Translations under genes and position numbers: made by a program
Notes under the pieces: model-generated
What the model was told of the DNA's origin: nothing
Databases searched by the model: none
The model's input: the letters and a program-made list of their open reading frames with translations, nothing else
Shown: positions 36,553-49,308 of the stretch, in pieces
How positions within the stretch are numbered: position 1 is the stretch's first letter
Layout of the letters: every line of letters begins with the position of its first letter
DNA from: Mobula birostris
Lineage: Eukaryota
Assembly (NCBI RefSeq): GCF_030028105.1
Contig: NC_092380.1
Span: 69,995,717 to 70,059,716 of the forward strand
Reading direction: 5' to 3'
Length of the DNA: 64,000 nucleotides

Positions 36553-38923
36553 CTACAATGAAAAGAAATCATATTTAATAGCTACAGAAGACTTGATATG
36601 GGCATAATATATTTCCTTGCCTTTTCTTAAGCAATTCTTTGACATTAGGTGTTGGTGACAATGGTAGCAGTTTTGTCTATTTCCACCCATCCTTGAAAAA
36701 CTGAAGAAAAGTATTAATGCTTTCTCATCATGCCGCTACGTAAAAAGGTAACAGAATTTTGACTCCACTATAACTGTCTAAACCAAACTTAGCAACAATT
36801 AGTGTCTCCATTGGGAACACCAGCTATCAGACTACAAGGAAATCCTAGAATTCTGAGATGCCCTGAAGCCTGATGTTAACATATATAATTGCTGGCTTCA
36901 TCACTGGGCACACAACTGACTCAAATAGTGGAATAGTGATGAGGGGCAGGTAAGGTCTAATTCATGTCACATTGGTAATGACACACCCATGGAATCAATT
37001 GAAAGGAATCAACCAGTGGAAAAAGGCAAAGATTGAATCATTCCATTTAATATCAGCGAATGTATACAGTTTACAGCCTGAAATTCTTACTCTTCACAGA
37101 CATCCACAAAACAGAAGAAAACACCAAAAAATGAATGACAGAAAAGTGTTAGAACCACAAAGCCCCCTCCCTCCTAATGGCAGCAGCAAAGCATCAACCC
37201 TCCCCTTCCCCGTCTTCCCACTTGTTTCAGCAGGAAGCATCAGCCCCACCGTCCACCATGCAAGCCCCCAGAGAGACCATGATCTAGAGTTTATCAAAAA
37301 CTACAGTCCATGACCCAGCACTTCGACGTGCCACAGGCTCTCTCTCTCTCTCACCAACAAGGGAGGAAGAGGTATCACTCCTGTCACAGCAAGAGGTCAG
37401 ACTAACAGCTCGCTGTTTCGATGTTGCAGTCCCCAGTGCCGCTTATTCGAGCTCACCCAACTTGAGAACCAGCAGACTCTTCCCCCACCACCCCCCCATC
37501 AAAAGAGAAAGAGAGAGACAGAAAGAGAAAAACAGGCAGAGTCAGACACAGACAGATAGATAGATCACTCAAGTGCAGAAGCCTCCGACAGCCCCGCTGT
37601 CTCTATGTTCTCATCCGTAAAATAAAAATAGACTTAATTTTAGCATAATTATTTGTTAGTATTTTAATATGATTTTTAATGGCCTGCCTTTTTAATTATA
37701 CTCTATTTATAACTGTTCCCTATTTCAGACAAATTTGACATCATTCAAACTGTCATCGGCTGCCAAGATGGCCTGAGATGTCAAGTACTCAAAATCTGAG
37801 ACCCGCGTGCAAAATTAAACCCACTGCCTTCTCTGGACAACAACTGGGTGCAGCCAAGTGGGTCCTACAGGTGGCAAATTTAGACAGCATGGTCCATGTG
37901 AGTGAAAGAAATACATGTTCAAGTCATGTGGCTTCAATATGGTCCCATGCACCTGGTGTGGTCATTTCCAAGCAGTGGAGGTTTAGGAGGTGTAATTAAA
38001 GTATTATCAACACTTTATGTGCATTATTCACATGCGAAGCAGCATTTGCAGGTGGCTAATGATGAAGACAATGGATATTTGTATTGGATGCCTTGCCTGC
38101 AATATCCTGGCTAGTTAGCACAGCACTAATACATCCAGAGAACAATGTTCAATTATACTCCAGACCCAGTCTTGTCAGTGAAGTAGACACCGTATTGAGT
38201 CAGATGTACAAATCACCACCGGATATCCAGCTTCTGATTTGCTCTGGTATGCTATTGTATGTACACGCCCAGTTTGGTTGTTTCTGATCAGTAGTGATTC
38301 CAGGGTATGAATGGTGGGGCAGATTGTCAATGGTCAGTGAACATCAGAAGGAAGTAGTTAGGTCTTTTTCTTCATCTTCAGTGCTTATATGTATTCAATT
38401 TACTCAGACTAAGAGAAAGCAGGAATATAGCATATAGCTGCATATCAACAACTAATTAGGTTTTAATCTTCACAAAAAAACTGAACCATCCCTTTTCAGA
38501 ATGAAAGGAAAGCAAAGGAAGTACAAAATTGGATAATCACAAGTGACCCTCCCCCCATGTTACAGAATTCACCAATTACTGTTCTGAAACCTGAGATTTG
38601 AATTAAAATTTAATCTCAGAATTTACGTGAACAAAATAAGTACTCTTTTCAACTCAAATTTCTTGATGCATGTACAAATAGTGTGGCTATGAATCCTGGA
38701 CGAACATGATATGCACCCTTCCCTAAGAATAGCGACCCTCCTGTACCATCCTCTTCCACCCCCAGCCCCTGTAGAATGGTGGTTGCACATGTGACATTAT
38801 AATACTCAAATAGTTCTCAATTAACATTCTCAGAGCAGGTCTTGCTATAAACTCTGGCTGCTACTCTCAATAAAAATCTTCTTTCAGATACCACACTTCA
38901 ATATACAGAAAATTTTAACTCAC

Positions 38924-39250
38924 CTTTAAGAAACAATTGAAAGCATTGGTTCTGGGGTTTTGCAGACAAATTTGAATGATAAGCTTCAACTCTGAATTCA
39001 GCTTGATGATCAGCAGAGCTTGAAATCAACGTTAATTTGGTGACTTTGTTGTATAAACCATTTTCACTTTTTAATTCTTCATTAATGATTCCATATTTTG
39101 TATTTTCATTTATTCTCACGTTATCTTTGAACCAATCAATTTGAATTTCCTCTGGATAAAACTCCTTTATTTCACAGGCCAAGGTCAATGCCTTCCCAAT
39201 TTCAGGGTTGACAGGATCACAGGTAATTTCATTTATTTTGGGCAAACATA
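38924..39250 (-). CDS. NCR3LG1: B7-H6-like exon 8: post-TM IgC1-type domain 4 (F-strand Cys lost)
   Basis: tctttatag|TATGTTTG...AAAG|gtgagt, 327 nt, phase 1-1. LACEIKEFYPEEIQIDWFK...NGLY...FRVEAYH. Confidence 0.88.
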
Positions 39251-39505
39251 CTATAAAGAGAAATAAGAAAAGCTAAAATACAGCTTAAATTTTGTTTGAG
39301 ATAGATGTTCCACAAACTTTTTGGTAACATGTATTTTGAATAGAATTAGTGTTTATAAATTAACAGAATGTCACAGCATGGACTATCAACATTTAGCCAT
39401 CAATTTAAATGTTCACTCAGGTCTCCCGGTATACCAGAAATTGTCACTTAATATTAACTCCGCAAAGAATGAGAAGTAGTTTCATTCCTTCTTGTTACAT
39501 TTTAA

Positions 39506-41756
39506 CCATAGAACCATAGAAACTACAGCACAGAAACAGGTCTTTTGGCCCTTCTTGGCTGTGCCGAACCATTTTCTGCCTAGTCCCACTGACGTGCACA
39601 CGGACCATATCCCTCCATACACCTCCCATCCATGTATCTGTCCAATTTATTCTTAAATGTTAAAAAAGAACCCGCATTTACCACCTCGTCTGGCTGCTCA
39701 TTCCATACTCCCACCACTCTCTGTGTGAAGAAGCCCCCATTAATGTTCCCTTTAAACTTTTCCCCCCTCACCCTTAACCCATGTCCTCTGGTTTTTTTCT
39801 CCCAATGCCTCAGTGGAAAAAGCCTGCTTGCATTCACTCTATCAATACCCATCATAATTTTATATACCTCTATCAAATCTCCCCTCATTCTTCTACGCTC
39901 CAGGGAATAAAGTCCTAACCTATTCAACCTTTCTCTGTAACTGAGTTTCTCAAGTCCCAGCAACATCCTTGTAAAACTTCTCTGCACTCTTTCAACCTTA
40001 TTTATATTCTTCCTGTAATTTGGTGACCAAAACTGAACACAATACTCCAGATTCGGCCTCACCAATGCCTTATACAACCTCATCATAACATTCCAGCTCT
40101 TATACTCAATACTTTGATTAATAAAGGCCAATGTACCAAAAGCTCTCTTTACGACCCTATCTACCTGTGATGCCACGTTTAGGGAATTTTGTATCTGTAT
40201 TCCCAGATCCCTCTGATCTACTGCACTCCTCAGTGCCTTACCATCAACCCTGTATGTTCTACCTTGGTTTGTCCTTCCAACATGCAATACCTCACATTTG
40301 TCTGTATTAAACTCCATCTGCCATTTTTCAGCCTATTTTTCCAGCTGGTCCAAGTCCCTCTGCAGGCTCTGAAAACCTTCCTCACTGTCTACTACACCTC
40401 CAATCTTTGTATCATCAGCAAATTTGCTGATCCAATTTACCACATTATCATCCAGATCATTGATACAAATGACAAAAAACAATGGACCCAGCACTGATCC
40501 CTGTGGCACACCACTAGTCACAGGCCTCCACTCTGAGAAGCAATTCTCTACTACCACTCTTTGGCTTCTTCCATTGAGCCAATGTCTAATCCAATTTACC
40601 ACCTCTGCATGTATACCTAGCGACTGAATTTTCCTAACTAACCTCCCATGCGGGACCTTGTCAAACGCCTTACTGAAGTCCATGTAGACAATATTCAGTG
40701 CCTTCCCCTCATCCACTTTCCTGGTTACCTCCTCCAAAAACTCCAATAGATTGGCCAAACATGACCTACCACGCACAAAGCCATGTTGACTCTCCCTAAT
40801 TAGTCCCTGTCTATCCAAATGCTTGTAGATTCTGTCTCTTAGTACTCCCTCCAATAACTTACCTACTACCAACGTTAAACTTACTGGCCTATAATTTCCC
40901 GGATTACTTTTCGATCCTTTTTTAAACAACGGAACAACATGAGCCACTCTCCAATCCTCCAGCACCTCACCTGTAGACAGCGACATTTTAAATATTTCTG
41001 CCAGGGCCCCCGCAATTTCAACACTAGTCTCCTTCAAGGTCCGAGGGAACACCCTGTCAGGTCCCGGGGATTTATCCACTTTAATTTTCCTCAAGACAGC
41101 AAGGACCTCCTCCTTTTCGATCTGAACAGTTTCCATGATCTCACTACTTGTTTCCCTTAATTCCATAGACTTCATGCCAGTTTCCTTAGTAAATACAGAC
41201 GCAAAAAACCTATTTAAGATCTCCCCCATTTCCTTTGGTTCCGCACATAGCCGACCACTCTGATCTTCAAGAGAGCCAATTTTATCCCTTACAATCCTTT
41301 TGCTCTTAATATACCTGTAAAAGCTCTTTAGATTATCTTTCACTTTGACTGCCAAGGCAACCTCATGTCTTCTTTTAGCCTTCCTGATTTCTTTCTTAAG
41401 TATTTTCTTGCATTTCTTATACTCCTCAAGCACCTTATTTACTCCCTGTTTCCTATACATGTCATACAACTCCCTCTTCTTCTTTATCAGAGTTGCAATA
41501 TCCCTTGAGAACCAAGGTTTCTTATTCCTATTCACTTTGCCTTTAATCCTGACAGGAACATACAAATTCTGCACTCTCAAAATTTCTCCTTTGAAGGCTT
41601 CCCACCTACCAATCACATCCTTGCCAGAGAACAACCTGTCCCAATCCACGCTTTTTAGATCCTTTCTCATTTCTTCAAATTTGGCCTTCTTCCAGTTAAG
41701 AACCTCAGCCCTAGGACCAGATCTATCCTTGTCCATGATCAAGTTGAAACTAATGT
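39506..41756 (-). mobile_element. Young 5'-truncated CR1 LINE; ORF2 RT region broken by one nonsense codon
   Basis: ORFs 40333-41742 and 39580-40317 are in the same frame, separated by TAG in place of TGG (EK*AEKWQM). Motifs KSPGPD, NYRPVSL, QHGF, YMDFSKAFD, VPQGSVLGP, FADD; (TTCTATGG)n tail. Confidence 0.93.
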
Positions 41757-42482
41757 AATCTTTCTAATCAAAAGCCCCATGAGATGTATTTTACAGATCT
41801 TTTCAAAAAATAACAAGAATTAATCCAGAATGAATGGGTGCACTACCGTAGGGTGGTTATCAAGACTTTGGAACGTTACCTAGCATTATACATCATCAAC
41901 CAGAATTGCATCTTTAAGATTTTCAGAAATAGTTAATGCTCAGTCAGGCGATACATGCTGAATATCATTATTTGTGTTTTTCAGAAATAGGATTTTTAAT
42001 ATTCCTTGTAATTTTATCATTACCCAGTCCACTTTGAAACTGATCAGTAACGTCATTCAGTATTAAGCATTCCTCTTCAATGTAATCTAATTATTTAACA
42101 GCAAGATTATTTTTCCATGGCCAAAGATTCCTACATTGCAAAAGGAACCCGAAATCAAGAGGTACTCCAGAATCTTCAAGAGTCTCTAAGGCATGAAAGA
42201 GGCAAGTAAGTGTAAACAGAGTCCTGGCAAGCAGTCTAGCTATATAATTACATCTACTAATTACACTTACTTATTGTCCTACTGTGTTTAGAGTACTATT
42301 ATGTTCCCAAGTGTGAGGAACTGGAGTATCTACTTTGCTGACTAGACTCATTGTGCAGGAAAAAGGAATGTTGACTGAAAACTGTGTGAATGCAATGTAC
42401 AGAATTAAAACATAGATAACTTATAACAAAAAGCTCTATATTGTTTAAATATAGTAAGTTCATGACAAGAAAATAAACATAC

Positions 42483-42794
42483 CTAAACTTTCAGGAATAT
42501 ATTCCACAAACTTTGGAAATAAAAGGGTCTTGTGATTAACCTGACATCGGTATTTACTCTCTAAGTCCAATAACGTTGGAGTTACTGTGCAAGTAGTGGT
42601 TAATTCATACAATTTGTTGTCAGGATTCTCAATTATTTCAGATGTTTCAAAGTCCATTATCGCCTTCTTATCTTTGAACCACTGGACAGTAATTTCTTTA
42701 GGATAAAATGAATGCACGTTGCAAGAAAGAGTCAACTCTTTGTCTATTCTAGGGTTCACTGGGCCACACAGGATGGGATTAAGTGAAGGAAATG
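42483..42794 (-). CDS. NCR3LG1: B7-H6-like exon 7: post-TM IgC1-type domain 3
   Basis: ttttgcag|CATTTCC...TTAG|gtatgt, 312 nt, phase 1-1. LSCNVHSFYPKEITVQWFK...YRCQVNH. Confidence 0.88.
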
Positions 42795-44023
42795 CTGCAA
42801 AACAGAAATAATTAAAGTTTTTCTAAGTTCATATGTATATTTCATATTCATGATAAACACACTCAGAATTCAAAACATTTTAACTAAAAAGCACAATGTG
42901 CCAGATTATTTTTCAAAATTGTACCAGAGAATCTATAACAGCCACTTGAACTGTGAGATCAGTAATGTGCTTAACAGCACAGTCAAAATATGACACTTTC
43001 AACTGTATTGCTTGTATGTATTATAATGGTACATGGTAATCTTGAATGTAATTCTAAGGACAGGATATCCTAAACTTTAGAAAAAAATGTGATGGTGTTC
43101 AAAAGTGCTTATTAACATAGCTTATACATAGTTCAACCAATAACTAAGCAATCTGAATCTGCTTGTAGTGAGCGGCATTAAATTATATCAGAATAAGTAA
43201 TGAAATAAAACACAAAGAAGGAAGAAATAAACATTCCTGGCATTGCTCCTGCATTTTCTACATTACAATAATTTGTAATGTAGAAAATGCAGGGACAATT
43301 TTGCACATTAATATCCAAGGAATTACAACTGAAAGTAGAGCATACTTAATAATAAAAAAATTAGTTCACTGGAAGGAAGTTAAAGCAGAAAATTCCTGAA
43401 ATCAAAACTTTCACCTGTTCTATCAGCTAGCTCTTGAGACAGAGATGTTAGAACAGAACTATCTCACAAACTACTGTATATTCACTACCAGTATCAAGTA
43501 TTCTTATTTCAGATGTAGAATACACTAGCTGTAGAATACAAAACTAAGGATTTTCCTCATCACAAATCTATAAAATGTGAAATCTGCTTGTGTTTTGTTT
43601 ATAAGGGCTGAATCAGTGGAACTTGAATCATATGGCATAATAAAACACACATACAGAATCATGGAAGATTCAGTTAGATTGACATCACAACTTAGCACTT
43701 TATTATTTCACCATTTGTCTCTCTTAAATATATTCTAAAGGACTGACTGAATGTTCTCCCTTTTTAAAAACATAATAAGAATCCCTTACAAAGAAAGCTT
43801 GAATCACAGGAACACAATTTATAATAACTGGGATTTACAGGGATGCCACAGAGATACAAGTAATAAATGATTAAAGTTGAAAGTATTAGTCAGTAAAAAA
43901 ATACCTCAGTGAAATGTCATTTATTGTCTCTGGCTGAAATATCTCGTAGTAATGTTAACAAAGGATAGATGACTATGCATTTTAACAAAAAGTGTACTAT
44001 CAAGAACTTAGAATCCGAGTTAC

Positions 44024-44380
44024 CTTTTACATCCAGCTTAATACATTTTTCTTCTGGATGTTTCAAACTCACGTGATCCACTTCACAGAAATACTCATCA
44101 CCATCATCTTCTTGTACTGTTGCTTTAAAGGTCAACATGCTGTAGACACTGTAAGTGTTGCCAGGAAAACTAAACTCTTTCACATTATGATAATATCGGC
44201 CAACAGAGGAAGTTACTTCATCTTCGGTGTCCATCAGGAGTGATTTCTCCCCTTTTATGTTTCTATACCATTTGATTACTAAAGGACGGGGCTTGAAAAA
44301 ATTTATTGGACATGTCAGCATCACTAAACTGTTATGCTGCACAACATGAGGTATAATTATGTCGGACAATTTAGGAGCAA
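44024..44380 (-). CDS. NCR3LG1: B7-H6-like exon 6: post-TM IgC1-type domain 2
   Basis: tctctttag|TTGCTCC...AAAG|gtaact, 357 nt, phase 1-1. IAPKLSDI...LTCPINFFKP...WY...TYSVYSML...YFCEVDH. Confidence 0.87.
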
Positions 44381-44589
44381 CTAAAGAGAAAAAGAAAGTA
44401 AAATCAGTTTAACTTGTATATAACCTCTTTCAGAAAATGTTATAGTATATTTATATCAAATTCATAAAATGAAAAGTCATTTACAATACAGAAATTAAAC
44501 TGCACATATACTTCAGGCTTGAAATACTTTCTTTGCAACATGTCTAGTCCCCATCCAATTTTCCCATTCTAATTTATTCTCTATCTTAT

Positions 44590-44860
44590 AAACACAAGAT
44601 GCTGAAAATCCAGAGAAACACACACAGAACACTGGAGGAACTCAGCAGGTCAGGTAGCATCTATGGAGAGGAATAAAGAGTCGACGTTTTGGACCGAGAC
44701 CCTTCATCAGGACAGGAAAGAAAGGAGAAAGAAACCAGAATCAGAACCTGACTTCTTCCCCTTCCTTTACAGTCCCGATGAGGAGTCCCAGTGTGATTGT
44801 TTATTCCTCGTTATAGATGCTGCCTGACTTGCTGAGCTCCTCTGACATCCTGTATGTTTC
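44590..44860. mobile_element. Degenerate fold-back Penelope pLTR element
   Basis: gcatctatggagaggaataaa...gacccttcatcaggac, then an inverted tttattcctc...atagatgctgcctgacttgctgag arm. The hammerhead has G12 to A. Confidence 0.65.
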
Positions 44861-45339
44861 ATGCAGTATCTCTTAATTTCTCTTTCACATGCCGCAATTT
44901 TCAGACTCAGTGGTGCAACTCTGCATTTCAGGGCAAATTAGCAAAATGATCATCTCATCAAGGACAGTCAAGCAAAAGATTGGTCGTTCAGCCCACAAAC
45001 CAGTCCCGATGTTCAACTAATCCTTGAAGTTCACTTTATCTTAGTTTCCAATAATTTACCTTGGTTCCACAACCTGTTCCCAATTTTGTAACTAACTAAA
45101 TTTCAAAAGTTTTCCTTTGGCTGTAAAATGCTATGACATTTCCTAACACTGAGAAAATACAGAAATCCTGACAAAATTCTTTAAATTTTAGTTTAACTTT
45201 TCAAACTGATCTAGTCCTGACAGCAACTTTTGGAGTGCAGGTGCTCTACGGACTTCAATAGAGGTACTATTTCAGTCCCTATCTAAGGCATTGCTACAAT
45301 ACTTCCTTCATCCTTCTGAGCTTATAGTCCTAGGCACAT

Positions 45340-45500
45340 GAAATACTGCAGATGCTGGAGATCTAGAGCAACACACACAATGTGCTGGTGGAGTCAGCAT
45401 TTATGGATGGGAATAAACAGTCGACATCTCAGCCTGAAATGTTAACTGTTTATTCCCATCCATAGACACTGCCTGACCTGCTGAGGTCCTCCAGCACATT
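45340..45500. mobile_element. Collapsed fold-back Penelope pLTR element
   Basis: Perfect inner arms atggatgggaataaacagt (45403-45421) / actgtttattcccatccat (45445-45463); outer arms aatgtgctgg/ccagcacatt. Confidence 0.65.
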
Positions 45501-46000
45501 GAGCCTATAGTCCTGGTTCCAGATCCATTTTCGTATATTGTACATTTCAAAAAGTAGAGTAAATTTATTTCCTTACATAATATTTCTTGGTGGCACATAT
45601 ATTATCTATAACTGTGTAAGAATGCCTTTAAATAAATTATTTTACTATACTGGATGTGCGTACATAAAACTAATCCATCTGCTAGGCAGAAGATCTATTC
45701 TCACATAACTTAATAATACATCATAGCAACTTTCAACAGTAAAAATGTCAACTTTCAAACTCTTTTGAAAGCAGAGTATGCAATTAAAAATGAATAACAT
45801 GAACTCCATAAGAAAAGTAAAGAACATCAACACAGTAAATTGGAAAATCCAAGATTGTAAATTCCGGGCTCTACAAACAGGTACTTATTGATTTTAATCA
45901 TAAATGGTAATGGAGATCTAACATTTGCACAAATTAAATATGACATGCCCACAGTCTCCCAACACAGCAATGACTTTATATTGATTCAAAAAATGCTTAC

Positions 46001-46414
46001 TTCCATCAACACGTAAGCAGATGTGTTTTTCCTCTGTTCCAGTCGGATGCCACACTCTACATATGACTTCTACTCTGTCATCCATTGTTAGATCAGGATA
46101 AACTTCAACAGTGCTAGAAAGGCTGTATGTTCCATCACCATTGTCCTGGAAATTTGGTGTGCGGAGTTTCCAATTAACCAGAGTTTTATTTCCTAGCTCT
46201 ATTTCTTGTATCCTGTTTTTTCCCCAAAAACTTCCTATCATCTGATATCTTTTGAATTCGCCAATTAATTTCTCTCTAGCATCACTTTGTGTCTTCAAAT
46301 ACCACCAAACATGAATCTTATTAGGTCGGAATCCAGACACATGGCAAGTGATCTCTGCAAGTTCTTGGTGTATAATTCGAGCTGGCAACTGAATATCTGA
46401 TAACTTGGGCGGAA
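46001..46414 (-). CDS. NCR3LG1: B7-H6-like exon 5: post-TM IgC1-type domain 1, with a long insertion
   Basis: tctctcag|TTCCGCCC...GGAA|gtaagc, 414 nt, phase 1-1. VPPKLSDI...ITCHVSGFRP...WY...NGDGTYSLSS...VICRVWH. Confidence 0.85.
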
Positions 46415-46569
46415 CTGAGAGAGAAAAAAAAAGAAATATAAACCTGGATTAATCAAAATTATCTTTGACTTCTCTTGAAAATTAATATCAGTTAGGATGA
46501 ACAAGCTTTAGTGAAGACTCAAGTTTGATTGTCAAATACTATTATTTGATTTCAATCATATTTCATGTT

Positions 46570-47730
46570 TGCCATCCAGAAGTCAATATTACATGAGGTT
46601 GTTAAACAAAATAGGAGCCCATGGTATTACAGAAAAGATGCCAGCATGGATAGAATTTTGACTGGTTGGCAGGAGACAAAGAGGAGGAATAAAGGGGAGC
46701 CTTTTCTGGTTGGCTGCCAGTGGGAGACTAGTGGTGTTCCACAGGGGTCAGTATTGGGACTGCTTCTATTCATGTTATATGTCAATGACCTGGATGATAG
46801 GATTGATGGCTTAGTAACCAGGTTTGTGAATGATATGAAGGTACATTGAGAGGTAGTGTTGAGAAAGCAGGGAGTTTACAGAAAGACTTAGACAGATTAG
46901 GAGAATGGGCAAAGATGTGGCAGATAGAACACAGTGCCGAGAAGTCTGTTTTGGCAGAAGGATAAAGGCATAGACTATTTTCTAACTGGTAAGCAATTTC
47001 AGAAATCAGAGATATAAAGGGACTTGGGAGTCCACATGCAGCACTCCTTAAAGGTTAACTTGCAAGTTGCGTCAACAGTAAAGAAGGCAAATGCAATGTT
47101 AACGTTCATCTTGAGAGGGCTAGAATATAAAAGGAGGATATAATGCTGAGCCTTTATACAGCAATGGTCTGACTGCATTTGGAGTATTGTGAGAAATTTT
47201 AGGCCCCTTATCTAAGGAGTTACTGGTATTGGAAAGGGTTCAGAGGAGGTTTATAAGAATGATCCTGGGAATGAAAAGGATAACATATGAGGAGCAGATG
47301 CTGGCTCTGGGCCTATACCCACTTAGTTTAGAAGAATGAGGGCTATCTCATTGAAACCTCTTGAATATTTAAAGGCCTAGACAGAGTGCACATGGAGAGG
47401 ATGTTTCCTGTAGTGGGGGAGTCGAAGGCCAGAGAACACAGCCTCAGAATACAAGGCATCTCTTTAGAACAGAGATAAGAAAGAACTTCTTTAGCCAGAA
47501 GGTGGTGAATATGTGGAATTCTTCATCAGTGATGGCCATGGAGGCCAAGTTATTGGCTATATTTAAAATAGAATTTGACAGGTTCTCAACTAGTCAGGGC
47601 ATCAAAGGTCACGGGGAGAAGGCAGGGGAATGGGGTTGAGAAAGATAATATATCAGCCATGATGGAATAATGAAGCAGACTCAATGGGATGAATGGCTTA
47701 ATTCTGTTCCTCTATCTAATGGTCTTAGTT
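46570..47730 (+). mobile_element. Degenerate CR1 LINE 3' portion
   Basis: SGVPQGSVLGLLLFMLYVNDLDD...FVND and a CR1 3' UTR. Confidence 0.8.
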
Positions 47731-48029
47731 AAATTAGATCAATGCTAGGTGAACTGCAGCCTTATTATGGCTCATTCTGCTAGGATGAGCTTAAAGACAA
47801 TGCTTAATGATTACAAGCTGCTGTTACATTCCCATGACACCAAATACATAAATGACAATTCCTAAGGTGGCATCAGCATTTCTGACAGATAATGACCAAA
47901 TCAAGGCTACGTAAAAGGAACATAAATGTATAAACTTAGTGCAAATTTAAGTTATGTAGAAAAACAAACACCCTGTAAAAGTGGGACCAAATATAGGGCA
48001 ATAGCAATGTTCAATAGGGTTCATCAGCC

Positions 48030-48390
48030 TTGGACGGCAGCCCACTAGGAGAAGGAAAACTCTGATCTTAAACCTCCACTGGCTTGCGGCCATACCCACC
48101 CATGGGAAAGGTTTCGGGAGTAAACCCCGAGGAAGAAATCCAGAGCCCTAAGGCAGTTTGATGTTGTCTACAACTTCACTCTGGCGGCCTCTGCGATGAC
48201 ACTGGTGCCAGGCTGTATCAGCACTTGCCCTTCCCTTGAACTACATCAGTGACGTGGAGAGGGGGAATCCACTACATAGGCAACAGCCGGTTCTTCAAAT
48301 CTTCCTGCCCAGGCCTGCTCCCTGGAGAGGACACAGTCCACCAGAGGTGCAAACCCATGATCCCCTGGGATCAACGGCTGCCTGCTAGCA
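48030..48390 (+). mobile_element. Non-autonomous RTE-like element
   Basis: ggagaaggaaaactctgat...aaacc and ggtttcgggagtaaacccc resemble RTE-clade 5' UTR sequence as recalled; no ORF. Confidence 0.45.
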
Positions 48391-49308
48391 TTGTTCAAAG
48401 TTCTGCTGCAGTTCTAAGGTGTGGAAAAAGCATAAAATATGCCACACAGAAGTGAGGTAACAAAACACAAAATATGAGAAGAGTTCAAAATATGTTTGCT
48501 GTTTTAAAATATACATGTGAAATAAAAATAACGCATCTACTGTACATTCACATTCTGCGGTACAGTTTAGAGACAGCACATTGCACCAGTCTACACAAAG
48601 GTTTTTTTGATGCGTACTTTGTCCAGTTTACATTGGAAGCACTTTGAAACACACTGGTGGCTTTTCCAACTGATCAAAAGGACTGCTCAAAGATCTAAAA
48701 AAACTAAGACTTCCTTGTGCTACCAACAAAATATAAATTCGGCACTAAATAGTAAATTTAAAAACAATGAATCAACATCATTTTCCTCAATGCAGCAGTT
48801 AACAAATTAATTTAACAAATAGCAATTTCCTCAATTAACAATTTAATCCTTAGAATTTCCTTCCCATGTAAGTGTTACTCAATTCACATAAGTTCCAAAA
48901 GAACTAAGCAGTGGTTATTGGTAACCCCGCTGAATCAGTGAAATAAATTAATTGTACAACAATAAAATGCAAAAGCAACAGTGACATTATGCAGCTTTAT
49001 AAAGCAAACTATTAGAGTTCAAGAAAAGATTCTACACAAGAAGTTCATGAAAATTATTCGAACTATGAAATAAACTTACAGTAACATTTCACAATTAATT
49101 TCAATTCAAAGACTAAACATTCACATTTAGTAATACCAAATGAAATAAATGAAAATCTCAAAACTGTAGCAAGTTCTGTGCAGCACTGGTTAACCAGAAA
49201 ATTATAAAATCTAGCATAAAAGCATTGTTTTTATTGTGTCCCATCCCAATAATTTAAGTTTCCTCTGAGTCAGTAACTACAAATTCATTACTGATACACA
49301 GACATTAC

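Noticed and set aside
39580-41742. Long RT ORFs as a domesticated gene
   Set aside because: Ordinary young 5'-truncated CR1 copy with a nonsense codon and an intact repeat tail.
44133-44150. ITIM-consensus SVYSML in a post-TM domain
   Set aside because: Falls on the conserved E strand of the C1 fold (TYS..S.L pattern), so it is probably buried and coincidental.
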